A stretch of DNA of 64,000 nucleotides from positions 416,001 through 480,000 of the forward strand of contig CAVSGM010000002.1 in NCBI GenBank assembly GCA_963727485.1, given 5' to 3'. A model generated the notes under the pieces. The model ran no database searches and was not told where the DNA came from. It saw only the letters and a list, made by a program, of their open reading frames with translations. Position numbers and translations under genes: made by a program. This stretch comes from an uncultured delta proteobacterium (GTDB taxonomy: Bacteria > Myxococcota > Myxococcia > SLRQ01). Each line of letters starts with the position of its first letter. Within the stretch, counting starts at the first letter, position 1. This document shows, piece after piece, positions 31,501-40,803 of this stretch.

Positions 31501-31782
31501 CTCGCCGAGGCCACCCGGGCCGCCCCCCACGACGCCCGGACCCTGCTCCTCGCCGGGCGGGCCCTCGAGCAGCTCGGGGACTACCGTGCGGCCCGCGCCC
31601 GCTACCAGGCGGCCTCGACCCTCCCCGGCGGCACCGAGGGCCTCCTCGACCTCGGGCGCCTCGCCGCCGCCGGCCACGCCCCGACCGCCGGCGCGGTGGC
31701 GGCCCTCAAGCAGTTCCTCGAGTCGGACCCGGAGGGCGCCCGGGCCGGCGAGGCGAGGCAGGCCCTCGCCAAGCTGCACTGA
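28528..31782 (+). CDS. large bitopic tetratricopeptide-repeat protein
   Basis: N-terminal TPRs, Pro-rich linker, one TM helix (LLIAGAAGAGVLLLVIAGFAI), long Ala-rich TPR array. Confidence 0.75.
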   Translation: MTDPQARLDELAQQVAADPGGPRYPALADALIGLGRYDEAVGVCQLGLANTPRDDGYRSLAEALLLLNRADEAFDAVEQALAGAHEDPRSLRLLGACHLAMGRPDLAQPVLERLARLDPSDMVTLDLLTRTAIQASGAGALAPEAAGAAPPADAAAPWDPGDGDQAWSFQGTDVLVDGSEAAPGELSLDLGGPPTAGAQDPGGADDLEPLELDLGGAPEAGVPGADPPGDPFLGFGQGPDLGGPAPGFDPAPGPPSASRPAAPSASRPAAPSSWPAPPQAPPAAPSSRPVPPSARPVPTGPRPPAPTPVDAARKRQLLIAGAAGAGVLLLVIAGFAIRGALHHRHLSAALATATAAYQHHDYAGYRNAQHALNRALALDPMNPKALGLDAFVSARLFADFAGGTEDLVRAQERLTDAERLPQEPPRALAARALLDLHAGRPGDVVLATGKGLAHDPGSLELQWIQARAEYELERPDLALSSLAALAKGGFLPAATSLAALQVRRHHPGKAAATLAAVLDTHPAYVPALTAYLAAAVSGHAKADAALAAVEKLGGKLAQVASPDEQCRIHLAQARLAVRAGRPADAAAAEDAARSVEAAPDCLADLGRELAWRGRPRAAAEVLATAADALDADAPERAARLRLAAVAAALDAGQSARAQEILAKAPPDADAKVLTARAQLADGHADLAARTLAPLLRHRRPPLAALAVGTDVALARGDAATARRDAARARRLARRDRADGARALLAVGQARSAAALASRALARDRAPGYGLLTLAGRAEVAAGHLDRGLGDLERALTMNPAAPGAVDAYLALAPPDRARTFLGKLPAPDGPALAALADLDAGDAAAAKADLQGAKGADTPRVAVARARLDAAHGEAGVLGRLEKLKDAHPADLDALVAFADAALAGGRIGDAADAYQKALHRDPGLIRPRVGLAVAQVLGAASDAGAAASATRDAETWVGRHGVSGPLAGRVHAARALACATISDGRCTRRALAEATRAAPHDARTLLLAGRALEQLGDYRAARARYQAASTLPGGTEGLLDLGRLAAAGHAPTAGAVAALKQFLESDPEGARAGEARQALAKLH
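29290..29345. repeat. 24-bp tandem repeat encoding PSASRPAA
   Basis: CCGTCGGCGTCCCGTCCCGCCGCG twice plus a partial copy. Confidence 0.75.
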
Positions 31783-31815
31783 AGCGCTCGAAGTTCGGAC
31801 GTCGCAGTTCCACAG

Positions 31816-33453
31816 ATGGGAAGTCGCAGGACACCGGGCAGGCCCCGGCGCCCCTCCCCGAGGAGCGGTCGCCGGGAGCTGGTCACCCTCCACCGGGCCA
31901 TCTGGCGCCGCCAGCGCCAGGAGATCAACGCCGCGGTGGCCGGCCAGACCTCGAGCTTCCGCAGCTACGAGATCACCTACCAGCGGGAGGTGCGCACCTA
32001 CCGCCGGGCGTTGGGCCTGGAGGCGGTGCACCGGCGCCTCGCCCTTGCCGACGTGGTCTACGTGGGCGACTACCACACCCTCCCGCAGGCCCAGGGCGCC
32101 TACCTCGAGCTGGTGCGCCAGGCCCTGACCCTCGACCGCCCGGTGGCCCTGGCCCTGGAGTTCGTCCTCTCGGCCCACCAGGGGATCCTCGACGACTGGC
32201 TCGCCGGGCGGCGCTCCGAGGCGCGCTTCCTCGAGGGCATCGGCTACCCGGGGCACCACGTGTTCCCGGTGTGGCCCGGGTTCCGCCCCATCCTCGAGCT
32301 CGCCCGGGCCGAGGGCCTCCCGGTGGTGGCCATGGATCTCGCCGGCGCCAGCCTCCGGCGCCGGGACCGCCACGCCGCCGCCCGGGTCGCCGGCCACCTC
32401 GCACGCCGCCCCGGCGACCGGGTGATGGTCCTCGCCGGCCAGCTCCACGTGGCCCCGCCCCACCTCCCGGCCCGGGTCGCCGAGGCCAGCGTCGCCGCCG
32501 GCCGCCCGCCCCCGAGGCCGCTGGTGGTCTACCAGAACTGCGAGGAGATCTACTGGCAGCTCGCCCGCCGGGGCCGGGAGCACGCCACCGAGGCGGTGGA
32601 CCTCGGCCCCGAGGCGGTCTGCCTCATCAACACCTCCCCGGTGGTGGCCCAGCAGAGCTTCCTCACCCACCTCCACGGGGACGTCGCCGACGGAAGCCTG
32701 GAGACCGCCCCGGAGCGGACCTTCAAGCAGATGTGCGAGGTCCTCGCCGGCTTCCTCGACCTCGACGTGGGCGACGCCCTCGACCGGGTGACGGTCCACA
32801 GCCTCGGGGACCTCTCGTTCCTCCACGACCTGCGGCGCCGGGGCACCTTCCCCGCCCGGGACCTCGACTACATGGCGCGGCAGATCCTCGCCAGCGAGAG
32901 CTACTACATCCCCCGGGCGCAGGTGGTGTACCTGGGGACCCTCTCGGTGAACCACGCCGCCGAGGAGGCCGCCCACTTCCTGCGCCACGTGTGCACCGAC
33001 GACGACGGGGACCGGGACGGGCTCATCGACGCGTTCTACGCGCGGGTCCTCAACGAGGCCCTGGCCTTCTTCGGGAGCAAGGTGGTCAACCCCCGGCGGC
33101 GGGCCACCGACGAGGCGACCCTCGCGGCGCTGGTGACCGCCTGGGACGAAGGCGAGCGCGAGGGGCTCCGGGGGCCGGAGGTCGAGGCGGCCAGGCTCAC
33201 CCTCGGGCACCTGGCCCTGGAGCGCGGCGCCCGTCCCCGGGGCCTGCGCCAGCGCCTCTACGGCGCCCCGGACGCGGACCTCTTCAACGCGGTGACCCAC
33301 CTTCTGGGCTACCTCCTCGGCGAGGCCCTCTACGACGGGATGCGCCGGGGGCGGCTCACCAAGCAGGCCCTGCGGGAGCTCTTCCTCGATCCCCTCGACG
33401 AGGACGGGGACGCCTTCCACGCCTACTTCTACCTGGCGTCGGCGCTCCGCTGA
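31816..33453 (+). CDS. ChaN/TIKI-superfamily domain protein with a long C-terminal extension and no signal peptide
   Basis: VVYVGDYH, LALEFV, PILELAR...PVVAMD, RRRD, VLAGQLHV pattern. Confidence 0.65.
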   Translation: MGSRRTPGRPRRPSPRSGRRELVTLHRAIWRRQRQEINAAVAGQTSSFRSYEITYQREVRTYRRALGLEAVHRRLALADVVYVGDYHTLPQAQGAYLELVRQALTLDRPVALALEFVLSAHQGILDDWLAGRRSEARFLEGIGYPGHHVFPVWPGFRPILELARAEGLPVVAMDLAGASLRRRDRHAAARVAGHLARRPGDRVMVLAGQLHVAPPHLPARVAEASVAAGRPPPRPLVVYQNCEEIYWQLARRGREHATEAVDLGPEAVCLINTSPVVAQQSFLTHLHGDVADGSLETAPERTFKQMCEVLAGFLDLDVGDALDRVTVHSLGDLSFLHDLRRRGTFPARDLDYMARQILASESYYIPRAQVVYLGTLSVNHAAEEAAHFLRHVCTDDDGDRDGLIDAFYARVLNEALAFFGSKVVNPRRRATDEATLAALVTAWDEGEREGLRGPEVEAARLTLGHLALERGARPRGLRQRLYGAPDADLFNAVTHLLGYLLGEALYDGMRRGRLTKQALRELFLDPLDEDGDAFHAYFYLASALR

Positions 33454-34154
33454 CCCTCGAGGAGGTGGGCGAGGCGACGGCCCACGGCGTCGGCGACCTC
33501 GGCGAGGCCGGCCCGGAGCATGGGACGCGGCCGGGCCCGGTAGGCCGCGACGTCGAAGCGCCCGGCGGGGGCCCCGGGGTGGGCGCTGAAGTCGACCGAC
33601 ACCCGGCTCGACCAGAGGACGTCGCCGCCGGGGACCGCCCGGAGCCGCGCCTCGACGACCATCCAGAAGCCACCGGGGTGCTCGGCGCCGTCCTTCCGGA
33701 CGCCCCAGCGGACGATGTGCAGGACCAGGGCCGCGTCGACCTTCAGGGGGGCGAGGCGATCCAGCTGCAGGCCGTCGCCCCGGGCGAGGAGGCTCCCGAG
33801 GGCCGAGGAGACGGCCAGGGGGTCGGCGACGGCGAAGGGCGGGTGCGCCAGGTGGCTGACCACCGCGCCCCGGACCAGCTGCTCCAGCTCGTACACGCTC
33901 ACCGAGCGGTCGAGGGCGGCCTCGATGCGGCCGTCGGCGCGGGTCGGGGTCCCGCCGAGGGACCGGGCCGCGAGCGCGTCGCCCCGGGCCACGTAGGCCA
34001 CCGGCGGGCCCTCGCGGCGGGCGATGATGGCCACCCGGTGGAGGCGCCCGGCCAGCCCCGAGGGCAGCGGCGCGCCATGGGCGCAGCCGGCCACACAGGC
34101 CGCCGCCACCACGAGGAGAACCGGGCCGCCTGGCCCACGCCGGGAGGTGCGCAT
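33429..34154 (-). CDS. hypothetical lipoprotein
   Basis: Lipobox VAGC; CsgG/DUF799-like pattern (VDAALV...VEARL...VLWS). Confidence 0.6.
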   Translation of the reverse strand: MRTSRRGPGGPVLLVVAAACVAGCAHGAPLPSGLAGRLHRVAIIARREGPPVAYVARGDALAARSLGGTPTRADGRIEAALDRSVSVYELEQLVRGAVVSHLAHPPFAVADPLAVSSALGSLLARGDGLQLDRLAPLKVDAALVLHIVRWGVRKDGAEHPGGFWMVVEARLRAVPGGDVLWSSRVSVDFSAHPGAPAGRFDVAAYRARPRPMLRAGLAEVADAVGRRLAHLLEGQRSADAR

Positions 34155-34261
34155 GGGACCGCTTCTACCGCGCCCCCGGCGTCTTGTCAGCGCCGTGGGG
34201 GGCGCGATAGGTTGCCCCGTCCCACGCGGCCGCGGGGGCGATCTCTCCACGGAGGACGGGC

Positions 34262-35425
34262 ATGCGGCAGGGTTTTCTTCGGACGACGATGGTGGGTCTC
34301 TCGGTGGTGGCGCTCTGCGCGGTGGGGGGCTGCAAGAAGTCCCAGCCCGCGCGCCCGCACCCGGCAAAGCCGGCGGCGAAGGCCAAGCCGGCGGACGCCT
34401 CCCGCACCCCGGGCGCGGCGCCCACGGCGACCGCCTCGGTCCACGGCAAGAGCGATCCCCTCTGCGTGGGGCCCATCGACATCAAGCCCCCCAAGACCTT
34501 CGACCTCGCCGACTGGCACGTGAAGACCGAGGGCTACCGGGTCACCCTCACCCCCAAGACCCCCAAGAAGGGCAACCTGGTCCTCGGGGTGATGAGCGAC
34601 ATCAAGGAGGACACCGGGGAGAACCTCTTCAACCTCCAGCGTGACATCGCCTGGTTCAAGAAGCAGGGCGCGCAGGCGGTGGTCATCGCCGGCGACACCG
34701 GCGAGACGGTCCCCTCGATCACCCACTCCCTCGACGCCATCGCCGCGCCGGGGTGGCCGGTGTTCGTCATCGTGGGCAACCGCCCGGCCCGGGACGTCTA
34801 CGCCGACGGCGTCGCCGGGGCCCAGAAGGATCACCCCAACGTCTTCGACCTGAACCAGCGGCGCCTGGTGCGCCTCCCGAACGTCAGCCTGGTCAGCGTC
34901 CCCGGCTACTACGACCCCCGCTTCCTCCACCACCAGAGCGGCTGCCAGTACTTCGTCGAGGACGTCGACGCCACCCAGAAGATGATCGCCAGCGACGTGA
35001 AGGGCCCGGCCATCCTCATCAGCCACGGGCCCCCGCGCGGGACCACCGAGCAGGCCATCGACAACGCCACCCAGGCGGGGAACACCGGCGACCCGAACCT
35101 CAACACCCTGATCACCGCCGACCACGTGGCCTACGGGATCTTCGGGAACATCGAGGAGGCCGGCGGCAAGGCCACCGACCTCACCGGCGAGAACCTCGTC
35201 GACCCGGGGAAGTTCGTGAAGTCGTTCTACCTGAACCCCGGGCCCGCGGACTCGGTGGGTTGGGAGATGAACGACGGCACCGAGTCCCACGGGATGGTGG
35301 CGGTGATGACCGTCCGCCCCGACGGGATGGCGAGCTACCAGGTCAACCGCCTGGCGCCGCTGACCCAGGCCCAGGAGGCCGAGGCGGCGAAGCTCACCCC
35401 CAAGGACGACAAGGGCGGCGAGTAG
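34262..35425 (+). CDS. calcineurin-like metallophosphoesterase-fold lipoprotein with altered metal ligands
   Basis: Lipobox VGGC; motifs SDIK, AGD, GNR, SHGPP, GNIEE, LNPG. Confidence 0.75.
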   Translation: MRQGFLRTTMVGLSVVALCAVGGCKKSQPARPHPAKPAAKAKPADASRTPGAAPTATASVHGKSDPLCVGPIDIKPPKTFDLADWHVKTEGYRVTLTPKTPKKGNLVLGVMSDIKEDTGENLFNLQRDIAWFKKQGAQAVVIAGDTGETVPSITHSLDAIAAPGWPVFVIVGNRPARDVYADGVAGAQKDHPNVFDLNQRRLVRLPNVSLVSVPGYYDPRFLHHQSGCQYFVEDVDATQKMIASDVKGPAILISHGPPRGTTEQAIDNATQAGNTGDPNLNTLITADHVAYGIFGNIEEAGGKATDLTGENLVDPGKFVKSFYLNPGPADSVGWEMNDGTESHGMVAVMTVRPDGMASYQVNRLAPLTQAQEAEAAKLTPKDDKGGE

Positions 35426-35428
35426 ACG

Positions 35429-36130
35429 CTACTTCTGGCGGACCTTCGCCAGGTAGGCGTCCCGATCGATGACGCCCTGCTCCACCAGGAGCTCGACCAG
35501 GGCCCGGAGGGCCTTGAGCTCGCTGTGGACGGTGCGCTCGAGATCGGACAGACCCCGCGCCACGTCGCCTGTGGGCGCGGGGGCCTCGGCGGGGGGAGCC
35601 TCCGCCGGGTCGTACTCCACGTCGCCGGTGCCCCGGAGGCCGTAGGCGGCCGGGTCGAGGGTGTCCGAGGAGACGGTGCTCTCGCCGTAGTAGTAGCGGC
35701 GGATCGCCCGGTCGATGGCCGAGGCGCTGGCGACCACCGGCTGCACCTTGAGGCCGGTGCGGAAGCTGACCTCGTCGAGGGCCTCCCAGCCGGTGGGGTC
35801 GGCGGTGGCCACGTGGAAGGTGCGGGTGTCGTCGTCCCGGGAGACCGGGAAGAGCCCGTAGCGCTCGCAGAGGTTCACCGGGAGGAGCCGGGCCACCTCC
35901 CGGGGCAGCTCATCCTTGTCGAGATCCACCCGGGGGATGCCGAGCTGCTTGGAGAGGGCCTTGACCATCAGGTCCTCGGAGAGGAAGCCCATGTCCACCA
36001 GGATGCGGCCGAGCTTCCCGCCCCACTTCTGCTGCTCGGCCAGGGCCGCCTCGAGGTGGGTCTCGTCGAGGACGCCGGCGGCGACGAGGAGCTCGCCGAG
36101 GCGCATGCGGCGGATGAAGGAGGTGCTCAT
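35429..36130 (-). CDS. stand-alone MshEN (GspE N-terminal) c-di-GMP receptor-like protein without an ATPase domain
   Basis: RLGELLVAAGVLDETHLEAALAEQ followed by KLGRILVDMGFLSEDLMVKALSKQ; ATADP. Confidence 0.85.
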   Translation of the reverse strand: MSTSFIRRMRLGELLVAAGVLDETHLEAALAEQQKWGGKLGRILVDMGFLSEDLMVKALSKQLGIPRVDLDKDELPREVARLLPVNLCERYGLFPVSRDDDTRTFHVATADPTGWEALDEVSFRTGLKVQPVVASASAIDRAIRRYYYGESTVSSDTLDPAAYGLRGTGDVEYDPAEAPPAEAPAPTGDVARGLSDLERTVHSELKALRALVELLVEQGVIDRDAYLAKVRQK

Positions 36131-36234
36131 GGCGGGGGGTCCAGGGGGGCCAGGATACGCGCGGCCCACGGCGGCCCGCAAGAAACGGACCCCACCCCGG
36201 GGACCCTGCCCCTGCCCCCCCGACCCGCCCGGCG

Positions 36235-37677
36235 CTAGACCAGGAGGTCGCCCGGGTCGAGCTCGAGGCCCGGGCCGCCGGTCGCCCGGGCGGCGTTGGC
36301 CTGGGACCGGCTCTCGGTGAGCTCGCTGACCACCTCGAGGATCTGGGGGTGGGTCATGATGAGCTCGTTGAAGGCCTCGGTGGGCAGGCGGAGGAGCACG
36401 CACTCGCGGAGGGTGCGCACCGTGGCCGTGGCCGGCTGCCGGGTGAGGACGCTCATCTCCCCGAAGACGTCGCCCTCGTGGAGACGGGCGAGGGTCTCCT
36501 CCGCGAAGCCCGCGCCCCGGGTGACGGCGACCTCGCCGCTCATCACCAGGTAGAGGCCCCCGGAGGGCTGGCCCTCCTCGATCACGGTCTCGCCGGCGGG
36601 GACGGTCATGGCGTTGAAGCGCTGGACCAGCGTCCGGCGCTGGGAGCGATCGAAGGGCCGGAAGATGGGGCTGGTGGCCATGAGATTGGCCAGGAGCCGC
36701 TGGCGGTAGAAGCGCTCGAGGGCCGCCTGCACCGAGGGGTGGTCGGCGGCGAGGCGCTCGAGGAGGGCGCGGTCGAGCTCGAAGAGCTCCACCGGGGTCT
36801 CGCAGGTGACCGTGGCGCTCCGGGGCGCGTCGGAGAGGAGCGCCATCTCCCCGAAGAAGTGCCCCTCGTCGAGGTGGGCGAGCTCCAGGGTCTCGCCGCC
36901 CACGTCGCGGGTGACCACCAGGGTGCCGTCGGCGACCACGTAGAAGGCGTCGCCCTGCTCGCCCTGGCGGACCACCACCGCGCCCGGGTCGAGGCGCCGG
37001 TGGCGCATCTGCTCCATGAGGGCGATGAAGGCGTCCCGGGCGAGGTCGGAGAACAGGGCCATCTCCGGGAGGACCTCGAGCTGGGGCGCCGGCGGGAGCG
37101 GCGGGGGCTCGATGGCGCTCACGTCGATGGGCTCGTCGCCGAGGGAGTCGAGCTCGAGGAGGATCTCCTCGTCGTCGTCGTCGCCGGTGTCCACCTCGGC
37201 GACCACCAGGGCCTCGTCGGCGTCGGCCGTGGCGTCGGCAGCGACGTCGGGCGCCGGCGCCGCCGCCTCGGCGACGGCCTCGGCCACCGCCTCGGCGGCC
37301 CGGCCCCGGGGGGCCACGCGGTCGGGGAGCGGACGCTCCGGCGGCGGCGGGTGCCCGTACTTGCGCGCGTAGAGGTCGGCGACCAGGGCCTGGGTGTCCG
37401 TGTGGCCCGGGTCCACCTCGAGGATCAGCCGGCAGGCGGCGATGGCCTTGAGGAGGAGCCCGTCCCGGGCGTAGAAGCCCGCGACCTCCCGGTAGCAGCT
37501 CACCGCCTTCGCCGGCTGGTCGACCTTGCGGTAGACGTCCCCGAGGCGCAGGCGGCTGGAGAGGTCGGACGGGTCCTTCTCGACGATCTTCTGCCAGGCG
37601 AGGAGCGCCTTGTCGTACTTCCCCTTGGCGTAGTACTTCGCCGCCGAGTCCTTGAGGCGCCGGAGGGCGTCACCCAT
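36235..37677 (-). CDS. TPR protein with tandem cyclic-nucleotide-binding domains
   Basis: N-terminal TPRs; FFGEMALLSDAPRSATV and VFGEMSVLTRQPATATV. Confidence 0.88.
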   Translation of the reverse strand: MGDALRRLKDSAAKYYAKGKYDKALLAWQKIVEKDPSDLSSRLRLGDVYRKVDQPAKAVSCYREVAGFYARDGLLLKAIAACRLILEVDPGHTDTQALVADLYARKYGHPPPPERPLPDRVAPRGRAAEAVAEAVAEAAAPAPDVAADATADADEALVVAEVDTGDDDDEEILLELDSLGDEPIDVSAIEPPPLPPAPQLEVLPEMALFSDLARDAFIALMEQMRHRRLDPGAVVVRQGEQGDAFYVVADGTLVVTRDVGGETLELAHLDEGHFFGEMALLSDAPRSATVTCETPVELFELDRALLERLAADHPSVQAALERFYRQRLLANLMATSPIFRPFDRSQRRTLVQRFNAMTVPAGETVIEEGQPSGGLYLVMSGEVAVTRGAGFAEETLARLHEGDVFGEMSVLTRQPATATVRTLRECVLLRLPTEAFNELIMTHPQILEVVSELTESRSQANAARATGGPGLELDPGDLLV

Positions 37678-39868
37678 GGTGGGCTCCCTTGGCCGAGGGG
37701 TTGGCGGCCACCCGCACCCGGCGGTCGTAGTCACCGGCGAGGGCGCCGAGCCAGGGGTCGTCGATCCCGAGGCGGCGCATGGCCCGGGCCGCCGCCGCCC
37801 GGACCTCGGGGCGATGGCTGTGGAGGGCGTGGCCGAGGGCGGCGGAGATGGCCGGGTCCCGGGCCTTGAGGCGACCGAGGGCCTCGATGGCGGCGACCTG
37901 CCCCGCGGGGTCGGGCTGGGCCACCAGGCGGGCCAGGGCCCCGGCGGCGGACTTGCCCCCCACCGCGCCCAGGGAGGTGGCCGCCTCGTCCGCCGCCGGC
38001 CCGTCGAGGAGCGACGCCAGGGCGGTCTCGGCCTTGGCGCCCCCGAGGACGCCGAGGGCGTGGGCCACCGCCGGCAGGGCCTCGGCGGGCACCCGGGACG
38101 CGGCGGTGACCAGGGCCCCGAGGCCGGCCTTGCGCCCGGCCAGGGCCTCGGCGGCGGCGTCGATGACCTCCGGGGGCCCGGTGGGATCGAGGGCCCGCTC
38201 CAGGAGGGCCTCGGCGGCCTTCCCGGGCACCTCCCCCACCGCGGTCACCGCCGCCACCCGGACCGCCACCGCCGGGTGCGCGAGGAGCCCCCGGAGCGCC
38301 GGGAGGGCGTCGGCCCCCTGGAGGCGCCCGGCGGCGAGGGCTGCGGCGGCGAGGAGGTCGTCGAGGTGGGGCGCGAGGTCCGGGACCAGCTCCACCCGCG
38401 CCAGGGGCGAGGCGTCGGTGAGGCCCGCGAGGGCCTGCTTCTGCAGGGCCCCGGCGTCCGCGGCCGGGAGGCCCATCTGCTGCCGGCGCTTGGCCGCCAG
38501 CTTCGCCCGGTAGGTGGCCACCTTGTGCATCAGGTCGTTGAACCGCTTGTCGTAGCGCTGGCCATCGGCGCCAGCCTCCGACCCGGGGTCGCCCCCGTCG
38601 GCGCGGGCCGGGGCGGTGCCCCACCCCGGGTCGGTGGGCAGGGGCCCGGAGACCCACTCCTGCCGGCCCTGGGCGTCGACGGCCTCGAGCCGGGCCAATG
38701 CGGCGCCGGCGGCCTGGGCGAGGCCCGTGACGTCGGCGGCGGCGGCGGCGCGCCAGGCGGCCGCGGAGATCTGGGGGTCGGGATCGGCGACGAGCTTCTG
38801 GAGCTCCTTGGCCGCCGGGGCGGTCAGCGCCGACGCGCCCACGACCCGGATGAGCTCGAGGGCCGGGAGGGCCTCGGCGCCGCCCCGGGCGAGGGCCCGG
38901 GCGACCACCGGGCCCAGGTCGCAGGAGGTGCCCAGGGCCACCGCGGCCTGGGCGGCGGCGCCGGCGACCGGGACCACCACCGCCTGGGAGGCGACGGTGC
39001 ACAGGGCGGCCCCGGCCTTGGCCGGGGCGCTGCGGCCCAGGCGACGCAGGGCGGCCACCGACTCCTGGGCCGACCCCTGGCCCCCCTCGAGGGCGGCCTT
39101 CTGGAGGGCGGGGATGGCCTTGGGATCGCCGAGGGCCCCGAGGGCGTCGGCGGCGGCGCGCTTGAGCGCCGGGTAGTCCTCGGCGAGGACCCGGGTGAGG
39201 GGCGCCACGGCCCGCGCGTCCCCGGCGGCGCCGAGGCCCCGGGCCGCCGCGGCGGCCAGGGAGATGGACCGGTCGGCGAGGAGCGGCAGGAGGGCTCGCA
39301 CCGCCTCCTTGCGCCCGGAGCGCCCGAGCTCCTCGGCGGCGCCGATGCGCTCGGCCTGGGTCGGCCCGCCGACGGCGGCGAGGAGCCGGTCGAGGCGCCG
39401 CCTGGCGGCGTCGGCCACGGCCTTGGAGGGGGCGCCGGTGTGGCCCTCGAGGGCCCGGGCCACGGCGTCCCGGGCCGGACCGTCGACCCGGGCGTAGGCG
39501 AGCTCGAGGTAGGCCACCGCCTTGGGGGTGCCCTGGACCCCCAGGGCCGCCGCGGCGGCCTCCTGGACCTTGGTGCTCGGGTCCGAGAGGAGGCCCTGGA
39601 AGAGGTCGGCGAGGTGGCGGTCCTTGAGGTGGGCCAGGGCGTCGATGGACGCGACCCGCACCTTGGACGCCGGGTCGTGGAGCCCGCTCAAGGCCAGGAC
39701 CCGGATGGCCTCGGGGGTGCCGATGCGCCCGAGCTCCCGGGCGGCGCCGACCCGCTCGGGCACGAACTGGCTGTGGGCCAGCCGATCGCGGGCGAGGGGC
39801 AGATCATCGTGGCAGCCGGCGGCGCCGGCGAGGGCCAGGACCAGGAGCCAGGGGCCGAGCCGTCTCAA
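37670..39868 (-). CDS. HEAT-repeat lipoprotein
   Basis: Lipobox AAGC; many R..AA.ALG.LG repeats. Confidence 0.8.
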   Translation of the reverse strand: MRRLGPWLLVLALAGAAGCHDDLPLARDRLAHSQFVPERVGAARELGRIGTPEAIRVLALSGLHDPASKVRVASIDALAHLKDRHLADLFQGLLSDPSTKVQEAAAAALGVQGTPKAVAYLELAYARVDGPARDAVARALEGHTGAPSKAVADAARRRLDRLLAAVGGPTQAERIGAAEELGRSGRKEAVRALLPLLADRSISLAAAAARGLGAAGDARAVAPLTRVLAEDYPALKRAAADALGALGDPKAIPALQKAALEGGQGSAQESVAALRRLGRSAPAKAGAALCTVASQAVVVPVAGAAAQAAVALGTSCDLGPVVARALARGGAEALPALELIRVVGASALTAPAAKELQKLVADPDPQISAAAWRAAAAADVTGLAQAAGAALARLEAVDAQGRQEWVSGPLPTDPGWGTAPARADGGDPGSEAGADGQRYDKRFNDLMHKVATYRAKLAAKRRQQMGLPAADAGALQKQALAGLTDASPLARVELVPDLAPHLDDLLAAAALAAGRLQGADALPALRGLLAHPAVAVRVAAVTAVGEVPGKAAEALLERALDPTGPPEVIDAAAEALAGRKAGLGALVTAASRVPAEALPAVAHALGVLGGAKAETALASLLDGPAADEAATSLGAVGGKSAAGALARLVAQPDPAGQVAAIEALGRLKARDPAISAALGHALHSHRPEVRAAAARAMRRLGIDDPWLGALAGDYDRRVRVAANPSAKGAHHG

Positions 39869-40803
39869 CGTCGTGAACCTCCCTTGCCCGGGGGCTTGCG
39901 CCGGCCGCCGCCTGCGGGGGGCTTGCGCCCACCGGACCGCGGGGCCGACCCGCCGCCGCCCTGCTTCGCCCCGCCCGGCCGGGCGGCGGGCTTGGCCCCG
40001 GCGTCCCTCGGGGCCCGACGATCCGGGCGTTTGCCCGCCGGGGCGCCCTTCCGGGGCGCCGGACCGGACTTCGGGGCCCCCTTGGCGGAGGCCTCGAGGA
40101 CGCGGACCTCGGCGGCGGTGAGGGGGCGCAGCTCCCCAGGCTCGAGGCGCTCGAGGAGCACCCCCCCGTAGGCCACCCGGCGCAGGCGCTGGACCGGGTG
40201 CCCCACCGCCTCCAGGAGCCGCTTGACCAGGTGCGGCCGCCCCTCGGCGACCACCACCCGGACCCAGGTGTTCTTCTTGGCCCGGCCCACCCGCTCCACC
40301 GACTCGGGCCGGGCCATCCCGTCCTCGAGGCGGACCCCGGCGCGCAGGGCCTCGAGGACGGCCTCCGAGGGCGCCCCCCGGACCTTGGCGTCGTAGGTGC
40401 GCGGGACCCCGTAGCGCGGGTGGGTGAGGCGGTTGGCCAGGGCGCCGTCGTTGGTGAGCAGGAGCAGCCCCTCGGCGTCCCAGTCGAGGCGCCCCACCGG
40501 GAAGATCCGCTCGTCGACCTCCCGGGCGAGGTCGCCGACGCAGGGCCGGCCCTCGGGATCGGAGAGGCTGGTGATCATCTTCGGGGGCTTGTGGAGGGCG
40601 TAGTAGACCGGCTCCTCGGCGAGGATGGCCTTCCCGTCGACCCGCACCTCGTCGCGCCCCGGGTGGACCCGGGTCCCGAGCTCGGTGACGAGCTTGCCGT
40701 TCACCGACACCCGCCCGGCGACGATGAGCTGCTCGGCGGCCCGTCGGGAGGCGACCCCCGCCCGGGCCAGGACCTTCTGGAGCCGCTCCCCGGTCTCGGT
40801 CAT
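39865..40803 (-). CDS. rluB: 23S rRNA pseudouridine synthase, RluB/RsuA family
   Basis: [17 protein letters not shown]4 domain; PVGRLD catalytic motif; LLLLTNDG. Confidence 0.92.
   Translation of the reverse strand: MTETGERLQKVLARAGVASRRAAEQLIVAGRVSVNGKLVTELGTRVHPGRDEVRVDGKAILAEEPVYYALHKPPKMITSLSDPEGRPCVGDLAREVDERIFPVGRLDWDAEGLLLLTNDGALANRLTHPRYGVPRTYDAKVRGAPSEAVLEALRAGVRLEDGMARPESVERVGRAKKNTWVRVVVAEGRPHLVKRLLEAVGHPVQRLRRVAYGGVLLERLEPGELRPLTAAEVRVLEASAKGAPKSGPAPRKGAPAGKRPDRRAPRDAGAKPAARPGGAKQGGGGSAPRSGGRKPPAGGGRRKPPGKGGSRR

Noticed and set aside
25012..34523. Giant 2802-aa and 2838-aa ORFs, and many other long antisense or alternate-frame ORFs in the track
   Set aside because: They are shadow ORFs caused by extreme GC and scarce stop codons. 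Translations are R/G/P-rich or mirror real genes on the opposite strand; only the last 283 aa of 25012..33420 are a real gene.
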